A stretch of DNA of 64,000 nucleotides, taken from positions 1 to 64,000 of IMG/VR virus record IMGVR_UViG_3300029438_000229, one strand, 5' to 3'. This stretch comes from a virus. Each line of letters opens with the position of its first letter. The stretch's first letter is position 1. The notes beneath the pieces were generated by a model that saw only the letters and a program-made list of their open reading frames with translations, ran no database searches and was not told the DNA's origin. This document shows, in pieces, positions 27,704-36,651 of this stretch. The translations under genes were made by a program, and so were the position numbers.

Positions 27704-27841
27704 AAAAAAGGCGGGCTTCTCATCTGAGAAGTCCGCCCTTTAAGCGAAATTGTGAATTGTACGAAAGGCATAAAACCCTTTCGATATGGGATGTTATCTA
27801 TCGTACAATACCCATTCTATTCAGTTCGCACATTTTGGCAA
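27704..27841 (-). promoter_or_regulatory. Promoter-leader-terminator cassette, copy H
   Basis: TTGCCA (27836-27841), 16-nt spacer with GCGAA, TAGAAT (27814-27819). Then ATTGTACGATAGATAAC, hairpin GAAAGG/CCTTTC, TCGTACAATTCACAATTTCGCTTAAAGG. Ends with hairpin GGGCGGACTTCTC/GAGAAGCCCGCC (27710-27738) plus TTTTTTG. Confidence 0.75.
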
Positions 27842-27842
27842 G

Positions 27843-27874
27843 AAAAAATCACCACCTACTTGCATAGGCGGCGA
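27843..27874 (-). terminator. Intrinsic terminator abutting the -35 of cassette H
   Basis: CGCCGCCTA-tgcaag-TAGGTGGTG (with G-U pairs) followed by ATTTTTTC (minus strand). Confidence 0.55.
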
Positions 27875-28022
27875 CTGATTTACTTGCTATCGTTTTAGTA
27901 CCTTATTGGGGTTTTCCGTTTCCGAATCAGCCAAGGCGCGTTCCTGAACCCAGTTCGTCCAGAGCGGGACATTTCGTGTACTACTCAAATAGGCTTATAT
28001 GGATTGGATGCTGATTGGATAT

Positions 28023-29171
28023 TTATGGCTTGCAGTATCCACAAGGCGTATATCCCTGTTTGATAAGTTCCTCTCTTGTGCCGGTGTACTTCTCTCTATT
28101 TGCATCGCTTATCTGAGATGCAGAGGAGCAATCAGGGCGGTGGAACTTGCGAGAGTTCGTGTTCAGGATGTATGTCTCGGAAATTGTGTCAGGCTGCTGT
28201 GGTTCTTCCACCTCGGTGCCAGAGACATCAACATCCTTGTGGTATTCCCCATACGAGAAGGTGACTTCCGTACCGTCAGAGGTGCAGTAAATATCACCGA
28301 GTTCGTCCGTTCTGAACACCTCAACTCCCGCGCTGGCCAGCTTTGCGAGGGTTTCGCTGTGCGGGTGTCCGTAGCTGTTGTCCTTGCCGCAGGATATGAC
28401 CGCATAAGTAGGGCTCACAGCATCCAGAAATGCCTGAGAGGTGGAGGTACTGGACCCGTGATGCCCGACCTTTAAGACGGTGGATTCGATGTCTTGTTCG
28501 GATTCGAGTATCTTCTCTTCTGTTTCCTGTTCGGCATCACCGGTGAACAGGAAAGATGTATCTCCGTAGACAATGCGAATTACAATGGAAGTATTGTTCG
28601 TGTCCTCAGGCACGGAATTGACGGCCACAACGGTGACGGTGGCTTCCCCTAGGGTGAATGTATCCCCAACTGCCGGGACGGTAATGCCACCGCCTCTCTC
28701 GTCCGCACGAGCCTTAAAGTTCCGGAATGCCTTGCTGTCATATTCTGTCACAGGACAGAATGTGACATCGGCTGTGTCAGCCTCGAAAGCACCCGAAAGA
28801 CCTCCGATGTGGTCTTCGTGGGCGTGTGTTCCTACGACATAGTCTAAGTGTCCCTCTGTCTCGCGCTGTAATACTGAGTATACAAGGTTCGAGTCATCGG
28901 CATTGCCGCCGTCAATGAGCATCGAGTGCCCATCGCAGGTGACGAGGGCGGAATCTGCCTGCCCGACATCGATAAAGTGGATGGTAAAGCTGCCGCCTTC
29001 CGATACGCCAGCCGTCTCCTGACCGCTTTGTGCGGTAGTTTCTGAGACGACCCCGGATACAGGAAGGCTTCCCGGAGATTCCGGTGTCTGACCGCAGCCT
29101 GTGAATGTCAGTGTGAAGAACGCGGCAATTACCGCTGCAGTTCTCCGAAGAAATTCGTGTTTGGTTTGCAT
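28023..29171 (-). CDS. Secreted ComEC/Rec2-type metallo-beta-lactamase-fold hydrolase with C-terminal Ada-like Zn domain
   Basis: Lipobox signal (FTGCGQ). MBL motifs HFIDVGQADS, HAHEDHIGG and VGHHGS. C-terminal KFHRPDC....CGYC. Confidence 0.85.
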   Translation of the reverse strand: MQTKHEFLRRTAAVIAAFFTLTFTGCGQTPESPGSLPVSGVVSETTAQSGQETAGVSEGGSFTIHFIDVGQADSALVTCDGHSMLIDGGNADDSNLVYSVLQRETEGHLDYVVGTHAHEDHIGGLSGAFEADTADVTFCPVTEYDSKAFRNFKARADERGGGITVPAVGDTFTLGEATVTVVAVNSVPEDTNNTSIVIRIVYGDTSFLFTGDAEQETEEKILESEQDIESTVLKVGHHGSSTSTSQAFLDAVSPTYAVISCGKDNSYGHPHSETLAKLASAGVEVFRTDELGDIYCTSDGTEVTFSYGEYHKDVDVSGTEVEEPQQPDTISETYILNTNSRKFHRPDCSSASQISDANREKYTGTREELIKQGYTPCGYCKP

Positions 29172-29192
29172 GGGTTTTGTCTCCTTTCAAAT

Positions 29193-29310
29193 AAAAAAAG
29201 CGGGCCCATCCCCCGAAAGGGATAAGTCCGCTAAAAACGAAATTGTGAATTGTAAGATATCTGGTATCTATCGTACAATTCTATTCTACCGGTATCGCAA
29301 GAACATGCAA
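29193..29310 (-). promoter_or_regulatory. Promoter-leader-terminator cassette, copy I (short leader)
   Basis: TTGCAT (29305-29310), 16-nt spacer with GCGAT, TAGAAT (29283-29288). Then ATTGTACGATAGATACC..TTACAATTCACAATTTCG. Ends with hairpin GCGGACTTATCCC/GGGATGGGCCCGC (29200-29231) plus T-run. Confidence 0.7.
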
Positions 29311-29313
29311 CAC

Positions 29314-29544
29314 TCAAACCGTATCCGAAACCTCATGACACAGCATCCTGTCCGCATAAATACAGCAGAGAACCAAGCCAAGGCTCGCAACGCAGCCGAA
29401 CGCGACATGTTTCGGGGAAAGAAGGAGCCATTCGATGTCGTTCATTACTTTCACCCAAAACAAAACGCCCATCATAGCAATGATGAGCGGAATAAAGACA
29501 GTTCCTGTGTAATGCAGGAATTTTCGGATTTTTCTTTTTTGCAT
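29314..29544 (-). CDS. Small membrane protein (76 aa)
   Basis: ATG at 29544 just after the sortase stop. Two hydrophobic helices. Confidence 0.4.
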   Translation of the reverse strand: MQKRKIRKFLHYTGTVFIPLIIAMMGVLFWVKVMNDIEWLLLSPKHVAFGCVASLGLVLCCIYADRMLCHEVSDTV

Positions 29545-29563
29545 CCTAAAACTACATCTCCAA

Positions 29564-30328
29564 TCATGCTTGCAAAACAGCCTGAACCACATATCTCTGA
29601 TTCGTTGGGCTGTAATACCCAAACGGATAGCAGGTATACATGATAAGTTTATCGATTCCGTCTGTGAAATTAACGAGGACAGTGCCGTCATCCGCAATCA
29701 CGGTGCTCGCGTCCGAGGACACATAACCGGGCATTGCTAGGGTGACGGAATACACATATTCCCCGTAATCGGTGTCTACCACAAAGTCATCTCCTATGCT
29801 GACATATTGCAGCAGAGAAAACACGCTGTCGTTATGAGAGCAAAGCAGATGCCCTCCGGTCACACCGACTTGGTAAGAACCCGGATACTGATATACCCCG
29901 CCGCGTTGATTCAAAAGACTCTGGTCATCGCCCCAGATAAGAGAAGCGTTCAGGCCAATCGCGTCACAGGTAATCGTGCCGTAGGCTTGACCCCAGGCAG
30001 CAGGTACAACATCGCCCCAGACAGAGGTCGCTGCACTAACAGGTTCAGGCGTCGGTTCAGGAGTCGGACCCGGGGAGGGTTCGGGTTGCGGTGTAGGAGA
30101 CGGTTCAAAAGGCGCAGCGGGTTCCGGGCCTGGTTCCGGTATGCCGGATAGGTCCGAGATTTGCTGTTCTTCTTCTGCTGTTTCTTGCGTCGCAGATTCA
30201 GAGGTATTGAGAGAGGATTCGGATTGTGCTGATTCGGCAGGCAGAGGTTCCGCTTGCCATGAACAGCCTGCAACACTGGTCAGCACAGCCAATGTTGCAA
30301 CGAGTATCAGTGCTTTGGTTCGCCGCAT
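29564..30328 (-). CDS. Sortase-family transpeptidase
   Basis: N-terminal signal/anchor and a Pro-rich linker. His motif GGHLLCSHND, LIMYTCYP (TLxTC-like Cys) and a C-terminal NQRYVV Arg. ATG at 30328 with AAAGGA upstream. Confidence 0.7.
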   Translation of the reverse strand: MRRTKALILVATLAVLTSVAGCSWQAEPLPAESAQSESSLNTSESATQETAEEEQQISDLSGIPEPGPEPAAPFEPSPTPQPEPSPGPTPEPTPEPVSAATSVWGDVVPAAWGQAYGTITCDAIGLNASLIWGDDQSLLNQRGGVYQYPGSYQVGVTGGHLLCSHNDSVFSLLQYVSIGDDFVVDTDYGEYVYSVTLAMPGYVSSDASTVIADDGTVLVNFTDGIDKLIMYTCYPFGYYSPTNQRYVVQAVLQA

Positions 30329-30375
30329 TTGAGTTTGTCCTTTCTTAAACAAAAAAATATATAAAAAAGCTGCCC

Positions 30376-31041
30376 TCAGTTCTTGTCGAACCGGGGCAGC
30401 CTTTTAGCAACGGACAGAATCAGCCATTTTTGTGTGCTTTCCGAAAGAATTTGTGGCTTACACTCCTTCACCTTTCGGATTCCGCATGTACTCATGCCGT
30501 CATAATAGAGCAGGACACCAATATCTTCTGGTATCTCTCCTTTGACCTTCTTATATAACTCAGTGGGCATCGCATAGTAGTTGCAATGCCCGACGAAATT
30601 GTGCCCGTGTGCCGAGTGAAAATCGCTCACAGAAATCTTGATTTCCACACAAGTGATGACGGCATCGAGCGTATACAGATGATTCGTCTTGTGGAAGTGG
30701 CACCATTGCTCGGAACAGTGCTCCCTGCAAAAATCCGGCGATGAAATATTCTTGACGCAGGTTGCTGCTTTCGCCTTTTCCTGTATCACAGCAGGTGCAA
30801 CATCCGTATCCGTTTCGATGAGCGAGGCCAGTTTGCAGGTCCCATATTTGGTTTCGGAGGTAAAGCATTCCTGAACCCTGACGAAATCGACCAATCCGGA
30901 TTTGACAGACCCGCATTCTACCGGCACTTCTATGGCATCGAACCCTTGACGAAACGAATCCACCCGATACCCGCCGTAGCTGGAAGGATGCCACGCATGA
31001 AGCGCGGCTTCAATATCGCGGGTCAGCTGAGTTTTCGCCAT
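30376..31041 (-). CDS. MmcB-like PD-(D/E)xK-fold protein
   Basis: ..GLVDFVRV.. and VEIKISVSDFHS..HCNYYAMPTELY..IPEDIGVLLY resemble the MmcB/DUF1052 core. Confidence 0.55.
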   Translation of the reverse strand: MAKTQLTRDIEAALHAWHPSSYGGYRVDSFRQGFDAIEVPVECGSVKSGLVDFVRVQECFTSETKYGTCKLASLIETDTDVAPAVIQEKAKAATCVKNISSPDFCREHCSEQWCHFHKTNHLYTLDAVITCVEIKISVSDFHSAHGHNFVGHCNYYAMPTELYKKVKGEIPEDIGVLLYYDGMSTCGIRKVKECKPQILSESTQKWLILSVAKRLPRFDKN

Positions 31042-31047
31042 CAGGTA

Positions 31048-31167
31048 TCACCGGAAAATCTGCTGACCAATCTCTACCATCTTACGGCGTTTGCGGTGCA
31101 GCGAAACAAGCTGGTACACAGCGACGGCAAATGCCGCAGCGGAAAGTAATTTCAGAATCTTTTTCAT
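31048..31167 (-). CDS. Small membrane protein (39 aa), below the ORF-track cutoff
   Basis: MKKILKLLSAAAFAVAVYQLV.. preceded by AAGGAGGA. Confidence 0.4.
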   Translation of the reverse strand: MKKILKLLSAAAFAVAVYQLVSLHRKRRKMVEIGQQIFR

Positions 31168-31206
31168 AGTGGTCCTCCTTCGTTATTTTTGCAGTTTTGT
31201 ACTTTT

Positions 31207-31713
31207 CTATTGTTCGGCGGTATATTGCCGCAGCATAAGTTCCTGTACCGTCATGACCGTAAACCCTTCCTTTTCCGCCTCATTGAGGGCTTCGTAGTAG
31301 TCGTCTACATACAGAGCCTGCGCAGCATTCAGACCGGCAGCTTGGGTCAGAAGTTTCATGACGGAGGTCTTCCGTTCTGGGGTGGCAGTCCCGATGACAT
31401 CGAGGAACTGTCCCGGATAGTGCATTTCAAGCCACTGCTTTTTATACGGTAGGGTCATACTGTCCTGCACACGGGTGATGCAGTATTTCGGGACACCGTC
31501 GCAGCTCTCGAGGAAATGCTGGACAAGCGTATTGGCTTCCCCAATTTCGTCGAATACCCTATACCCGCCCCGGTTCTCAGCCTCATACCGCAGTAGCCGT
31601 GCCCTGTGTGCATCAGCAGTCGCGTCGAGTTTCTGTTCCCGATAATGGATGAGAAGGGTATCGTCGAAATCGAAGAACATCATACGAATTTTAGAGAAAT
31701 TCACTAATATCAC
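31207..31713 (-). CDS. HAD-superfamily hydrolase-like protein (start uncertain)
   Basis: Motif I FFDFDDTLL near the N-terminus and YVDD near the C-terminus. Confidence 0.5.
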   Translation of the reverse strand: MILVNFSKIRMMFFDFDDTLLIHYREQKLDATADAHRARLLRYEAENRGGYRVFDEIGEANTLVQHFLESCDGVPKYCITRVQDSMTLPYKKQWLEMHYPGQFLDVIGTATPERKTSVMKLLTQAAGLNAAQALYVDDYYEALNEAEKEGFTVMTVQELMLRQYTAEQ

Positions 31714-31719
31714 CCTTCC

Positions 31720-32010
31720 TCAATTTCTCGCCGATGCAATTTCGTGTCGAACGACCTCGGCTTCGGTATAGAACTCATCGGTGTAGTCATTATCGTTCGT
31801 CTCCTGATAGACCTTGTGCCGGTACGGCGCGGAGCCTTCCTGCTCGATGAAAATGCGCCAGCCGCCGGAGGAGAAGCAGACAAAGAGAATCGTGCCGTCA
31901 TCTAAATAAAGCCGGACTCCGGCAACATCGAAACACCCGATTTCATCCTCGAAGTATCGAGAATTTTCGATACAAACGATATCATCGCTATAGCCGTAAA
32001 TCTTGACCAT
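31720..32010 (-). CDS. Hypothetical protein (96 aa)
   Basis: AAGGGGG upstream of the ATG. Confidence 0.55.
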   Translation of the reverse strand: MVKIYGYSDDIVCIENSRYFEDEIGCFDVAGVRLYLDDGTILFVCFSSGGWRIFIEQEGSAPYRHKVYQETNDNDYTDEFYTEAEVVRHEIASARN

Positions 32011-32026
32011 TCTTTTACCGCCCCCT

Positions 32027-32485
32027 TTACTCGATTACAAAATCCTTTGTAGCATCCTCTGCCTCACTGTACCGGCTCGCATTGTGCCGAGCAGCCTGCA
32101 AGAGAACATCACGCTCGGCATCGAGCGCCGCCTGCATTGAAGTCTGCTGTACCTGCTTGGCATGGGATGTGCGAGTGTTCTTGTACTGCGGATACTCTGC
32201 GACGATTTTATCCATCAAAGCCCAGCGCTCTTTGTCGGAAAGTGCGTTCAGGTTGATGTTATCGCGGCGCAGCCGTTCAATCGCATAGTCTAAATACGCG
32301 AATTCATCCGCAGACGGGATAGCTTCTATATAGTCCCGCATCGTGGCGGGAGGGCCGTTGTAGGTCGCCATGGCTTCATTGTACAGCGTTTCTGCAACCT
32401 CTGACCCGTACCACTTATCCGGCTCATAGCCATGATTCCGGTACACTTCCGCTACCCATAAAGGGAACGCTTCGCTGTAGGTCAT
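32027..32485 (-). CDS. Hypothetical protein (152 aa)
   Basis: GAAGGAGGG upstream of the ATG at 32485. Confidence 0.6.
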   Translation of the reverse strand: MTYSEAFPLWVAEVYRNHGYEPDKWYGSEVAETLYNEAMATYNGPPATMRDYIEAIPSADEFAYLDYAIERLRRDNINLNALSDKERWALMDKIVAEYPQYKNTRTSHAKQVQQTSMQAALDAERDVLLQAARHNASRYSEAEDATKDFVIE

Positions 32486-32499
32486 ATAGTCCCTCCTTC

Positions 32500-35238
32500 T
32501 CAAAAATCCCCGAACGAGAGCTGACGGCTCTGTGAGACCGGGATATTGGTTTTTGGCTTTGACGAGTGCTTAACTTCCCCGTACTTGGTGAGATTCCGGC
32601 ATTTATATCCGTAGCCCTTCTGTGCGGCAGAAATCGACTTGTATCCGTATCCGCTTGCATCGTCCAGCACCTGGTCCTTGTCGTTCAGATTGACGACAAT
32701 ATACCGCACATCGTTGGGCTTAGAGAGCCGGGACGAACGAATAACGGTATAGGGGATGCGCTTATCGAATTGAGGCTTTTCTTCTTCCGGGTCCGGTTCG
32801 GGCTTTGCGACCTTCTCCTCTTCCGGCATTTCAAGCTGGACATCGACCCCTGCCTTAACGAGGGATTCGAGCGTAGAGGCAAGGGTCTCGTACCGCGTAT
32901 TCTCCACGGTATTCGTATCCTGCTTCTTCCGCTCCTTCCAGACCTTCAACAGCTGACGTTCGCTGAAATTGATGATAAGACCACGGTCTTTGAGCATCTT
33001 ACGAACAACATAGGTAGAAAGAGAAGCGTAGTTCGCATATTCGCCGATATGGTGCTTGATATCCACCTCGGTCTTGGACATAGCTGCTTCGAAATCCCTG
33101 TGATTGTCGAGCCAATCCTCAATAACGCTGAGCAGTTCCTTCTTGGACATGGATTCCTCTGCCAGCTGCTTGTTTTTCCGGACATAATCCTCACAGGCAG
33201 CGAGAATCGAATCGTAGCCGTTCATGGCGCTGTTATCGATGATTTGACGGTTTGCAGCATCCACAATGATGTACTGCTCACCACGGCGGATGATAGAGAT
33301 ACCTTCATCAGCCGTCTTCTTTTCTTCCTTGACATTGCCGCCGACATCGAATTCCGGCAGAGAATCATCGGTCATGATTTGCTCGATGATGGTATCGAGG
33401 TCCTGCGTATAGTCCTTGGAAATCGTATAGCTTTCTGCCTTGGCAAAGACCTGCTTCGTGATACAGGTGATTACCGCGTCCAGGAACTTGTCAGGGTCCG
33501 GAATCTCGATTTCATACATCATGTTATCGCGGATATTCCAGACAACACCCTGCTTTAACCCGGTTGCCAGCATATAGCAGGCACATTGCAGGAAATGCTT
33601 GTGCGCGAGCGAAGACACGAATTTCAGCAAATAGACCTTGTTGTCCTTCACGACATCCGCCATGCCGCTGATAACAAGTTTCTTCTTCGCCTTGGTATCT
33701 ACCACGGCAGTCAACTCACAGCGTTCCTGTACGGACTCGTCGGGAGTGAACACCATAGACAAGCGCTTGTTCAGGTCGGTTTCCTGCGCTCTCGTAATAA
33801 AGGGCAACTCAACCTGCTTCACATACCGGTCCTGACTCGTCATCAGCATCGTCAGGAACAGGACCTTCTCCTCCACGGATTTCCAGCTGGAAGGCAGCGC
33901 CACCTTCTTGTCGTTATGCAGGTACATGTAGAAGGCAATCGCACTGTCGATATCGTAATAATCGAAGAAGTTCGCCTGCTGGTAGATGCCGATGCAGGGA
34001 GCCAAATCAATCATCGCATCCGAATGCTTGATTTCGATTTCATGTACATCCTTATGGAAGACCGGCGTCGTATTGATAAGCTGGTAGCAGTGCTCCACAT
34101 CCTCATCGAACTTGAAATCGAACATCTCAGAGATATCGAACTTTGTATTGAACTCCTGATTTATCTTGACGGGAGTCATCAGAGTCTTATCGCTGACCAG
34201 CCCAAATCTGTCCTCTTTTTTCGGAGGCTCTACAAAGATGACCTCATCCTTACCGCGACTCGCCGCAACGCAGAAAAGGTTTCTCAGAATCTCATACCGC
34301 GCCATAGGCTGAAATACACGAGAGCACCAGTAGGATTCCGTGAAATCAAAGACAACACAGATGGGGCGCTCCATGCCTTTACTGCCGTCAAAGGTCGTAA
34401 AGATACCAACGTCTGCACCGGGTGCTACATGCTTTTCGCCATCAGGTTCCTTGATGCTGGCATATACATGGTTCTTGTCATAGAGGTTGCCGGGTCTTGC
34501 TTCAAGTTCATTCAGAACCTTTACCATAGACCCCGTTCTGGCACCGAGACACAGGACATCCTTCGGGTTCTTGGTATCCAGATAGTCTATCACCTGCTCA
34601 CGGGACATGGTCGATACCTTACAGTTCTTGTTCACGCCGTTGATATCCTTGCCCCAGATGTTTCCGAGCCGCTGTGCGAGGTCATGGGACAGGCGGAAAC
34701 ATTGCGTGAAATTGACCTGTGTGTGCTTGCCTAAGAACTTATGGATGAACGACCAGATATCCAGCGAGGTCTGGTCATAGATTTTCTGCTTCATGTCCCC
34801 AACCGCGATGATTTGAAGGCCTGGGTTCGATTCCTTGATGTATTCGAGCATCTTCGAGATTTCCTCGTTGATGTCCTGATACTCGTCGATGATAAGCACA
34901 TCAAAGTGCCCGACAGGAACGCGCTTCCTCAAGACCATCCCAATCTGCTCGCCCTGTCCGACATTCTTGATGCCGCGCCGGTACAGGATTTTCGAGGCAA
35001 ATCCATGATAGTTCTGGACCGTGACATTATCGTTTAGAATCTTTTCCTGCGCATCGAGTTTCAAAAGCCGGTTATAGGTCAGGTACAGAATCTCCTTAGA
35101 GGAATCAAACTCGTTGCACAAAACATTGATGGTGGACGTCTTACCGCTTCCGATACAGGCATCGCACAACACGTTTTTCCCGTCAAGCGCCAGCCGTACA
35201 AGGTCCTGCTGTTCGCTGGACAAGTCATTGAGCGTCAT
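32500..35238 (-). CDS. SF1 (UvrD/Rep-like) helicase with ~500-aa C-terminal extension
   Basis: Walker A CIGSGKTST, motif II VLIIDEYQD, TFDGSKGMERPICVV and VAASRGKDE. ATG at 35238 after GGAGGGA. The C-terminal extension carries two similar short modules (..YIIVDAANRQIIDNSAMNGYDS.. and ..YIVVNLNDKDQVLDDASGYGYKS..). Confidence 0.85.
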   Translation of the reverse strand: MTLNDLSSEQQDLVRLALDGKNVLCDACIGSGKTSTINVLCNEFDSSKEILYLTYNRLLKLDAQEKILNDNVTVQNYHGFASKILYRRGIKNVGQGEQIGMVLRKRVPVGHFDVLIIDEYQDINEEISKMLEYIKESNPGLQIIAVGDMKQKIYDQTSLDIWSFIHKFLGKHTQVNFTQCFRLSHDLAQRLGNIWGKDINGVNKNCKVSTMSREQVIDYLDTKNPKDVLCLGARTGSMVKVLNELEARPGNLYDKNHVYASIKEPDGEKHVAPGADVGIFTTFDGSKGMERPICVVFDFTESYWCSRVFQPMARYEILRNLFCVAASRGKDEVIFVEPPKKEDRFGLVSDKTLMTPVKINQEFNTKFDISEMFDFKFDEDVEHCYQLINTTPVFHKDVHEIEIKHSDAMIDLAPCIGIYQQANFFDYYDIDSAIAFYMYLHNDKKVALPSSWKSVEEKVLFLTMLMTSQDRYVKQVELPFITRAQETDLNKRLSMVFTPDESVQERCELTAVVDTKAKKKLVISGMADVVKDNKVYLLKFVSSLAHKHFLQCACYMLATGLKQGVVWNIRDNMMYEIEIPDPDKFLDAVITCITKQVFAKAESYTISKDYTQDLDTIIEQIMTDDSLPEFDVGGNVKEEKKTADEGISIIRRGEQYIIVDAANRQIIDNSAMNGYDSILAACEDYVRKNKQLAEESMSKKELLSVIEDWLDNHRDFEAAMSKTEVDIKHHIGEYANYASLSTYVVRKMLKDRGLIINFSERQLLKVWKERKKQDTNTVENTRYETLASTLESLVKAGVDVQLEMPEEEKVAKPEPDPEEEKPQFDKRIPYTVIRSSRLSKPNDVRYIVVNLNDKDQVLDDASGYGYKSISAAQKGYGYKCRNLTKYGEVKHSSKPKTNIPVSQSRQLSFGDF

Positions 35239-35270
35239 TGTAATCCCTCCGAATAGTAGATTGGCAGGCA

Positions 35271-35310
35271 ACAAAAAGACCCTGACAGCTATCACAACAG
35301 CCATCAGGGT
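35271..35310 (-). terminator. Leader terminator between promoter 35334-35361 and the helicase gene
   Basis: ACCCTGATGGCTGT-tgtgat-AGCTGTCAGGGT followed by CTTTTTGTT (minus strand). Confidence 0.55.
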
Positions 35311-35333
35311 ACATTTTTTAGTCTATAATTTAG

Positions 35334-35361
35334 ATTGTATGCAGTTCGCACAAATGTGCAA
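35334..35361 (-). promoter_or_regulatory. GCGAA-spacer promoter
   Basis: TTGCAC-atttgtGCGAActgca-TACAAT with a 16-nt spacer. Confidence 0.65.
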
Positions 35362-35456
35362 GGGGCTGTTGATAAAAATCGCTGTTTGTATATTTTATTT
35401 TATGTGCTAACCGCTAGCAGAAAGGGGATTAGAGGAGCATGGGTGATGTAGTGTCC

Positions 35457-35885
35457 CTATACCAACTCGATAGATTCCGCCTCGATACGATGCCATTTAT
35501 CGGTGCTTGCATCGTATTCCAGCACATCTTTTCCGACCATTTCCCCGTTTTCGATATACTCTAAAATGTGTCGGACCCGCATTTGCGGATTATCGTTCCT
35601 CGCGTGCCACAACGCGATATCCTTGTTGTCGATGACGAACGCATGTTTATAGCTGACAAAGGGGCTACCGAGAGGCTGCGTTTGTCTACTTGCCTCGTAG
35701 TATGATTTCACATAGCCATCACGGGAAGTGTTGCGAATAGCGCGGGCACCTTCCTTGTCGCCTTGCTCGTCCAAGGTTTGTGCAATTTCGTCCACACACC
35801 GACAAAAATGCGTGGGGTCTTGACTGTATTTGGCAAAAATCAGTTTTCTGATTAACCGCATTGTGTCTTGCTGCGTCACAAGCAT
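35457..35885 (-). CDS. Hypothetical protein (142 aa)
   Basis: ATG at 35885 after GAAGGGAG, which is short spacing. Confidence 0.5.
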   Translation of the reverse strand: MLVTQQDTMRLIRKLIFAKYSQDPTHFCRCVDEIAQTLDEQGDKEGARAIRNTSRDGYVKSYYEASRQTQPLGSPFVSYKHAFVIDNKDIALWHARNDNPQMRVRHILEYIENGEMVGKDVLEYDASTDKWHRIEAESIELV

Positions 35886-35892
35886 GCTCCCT

Positions 35893-36228
35893 TCACTTTT
35901 CTGTCGAAACCAAAAAGATTTTCTTAGAGAAAGTTCCCTTCTCTGCTGCTTTCTGGCTCCGTACCTGTTCAATTTCTCGTTTGGAAACAGCGCAAGTCTT
36001 GCCCATAGCGTACATGACCTCCATCACATCTGCCATTTCTTCCGCGCAGTCAAGAGCACTCCGCTCCTTGGCAGTGTAGGCTTCCAGCAATTCGGCGACC
36101 TCTTCCTGCAGTTTGTTCATCAGAGCGTCCTCGTACTCTTTGTCAGACAGCGTGCGCGTAACACAGGTCTCCCCGTTCTTCTCAATGATAGCCGGGATAT
36201 TATCTCGGACAAGTTTCTGGTACATCAT
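35893..36228 (-). CDS. MazG-like all-alpha NTP pyrophosphohydrolase
   Basis: KLVRDNIPAIIEKNG...KLQEEVAELLE...EEMADVMEV...KAAEKGTFSKKIFL. GGAAGGAG upstream of the ATG at 36228. Confidence 0.8.
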   Translation of the reverse strand: MMYQKLVRDNIPAIIEKNGETCVTRTLSDKEYEDALMNKLQEEVAELLEAYTAKERSALDCAEEMADVMEVMYAMGKTCAVSKREIEQVRSQKAAEKGTFSKKIFLVSTEK

Positions 36229-36232
36229 GGCT

Positions 36233-36649
36233 TTATGCTCCTTCCAATTTACAGTGCCGCAGCGGTATGCGCAGCTCACGACAGGTGTTTTCGATTTCTC
36301 GTTCGTTTTCGGCTCCATCAAACACTACACATCCTTTTTGCTGCTGTTTGGCGAGGTATGTGGACAAATCATCGTTTGTGACGGGAATGAAAGAGTATCC
36401 CCGCTCGCTGGCGTACATAGCCGCCAAAGCAGCCATCTTCTTACCAGATTCTGCTGCAATGACGACCTTTTCCCGTTTTGCCAGCATCTTATCGATGCAC
36501 TCTGACATTTGCTTGCGGGACTTCGTCATCGATAACGGCGTTCCCGCAACTCCGCAAAAGAACCAATCCTTTTCGCAGATTTTGTCCTCACACTCTTGGC
36601 ATTTTAGGTAGACGACATTGCCGTTTGTATACGGACAATAATTCCCCAT
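36233..36649 (-). CDS. Hypothetical protein with N-terminal Cys cluster (138 aa)
   Basis: CPYT..CQEC..C motifs. ATG at 36649. Confidence 0.5.
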   Translation of the reverse strand: MGNYCPYTNGNVVYLKCQECEDKICEKDWFFCGVAGTPLSMTKSRKQMSECIDKMLAKREKVVIAAESGKKMAALAAMYASERGYSFIPVTNDDLSTYLAKQQQKGCVVFDGAENEREIENTCRELRIPLRHCKLEGA

Positions 36650-36651
36650 GC

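Noticed and set aside
34823-34834. GGGTTCGATTCC, a tRNA T-arm-like string
   Set aside because: It lies inside the helicase coding frame. No acceptor or anticodon arms can be drawn around it. No tRNA was found in the window.
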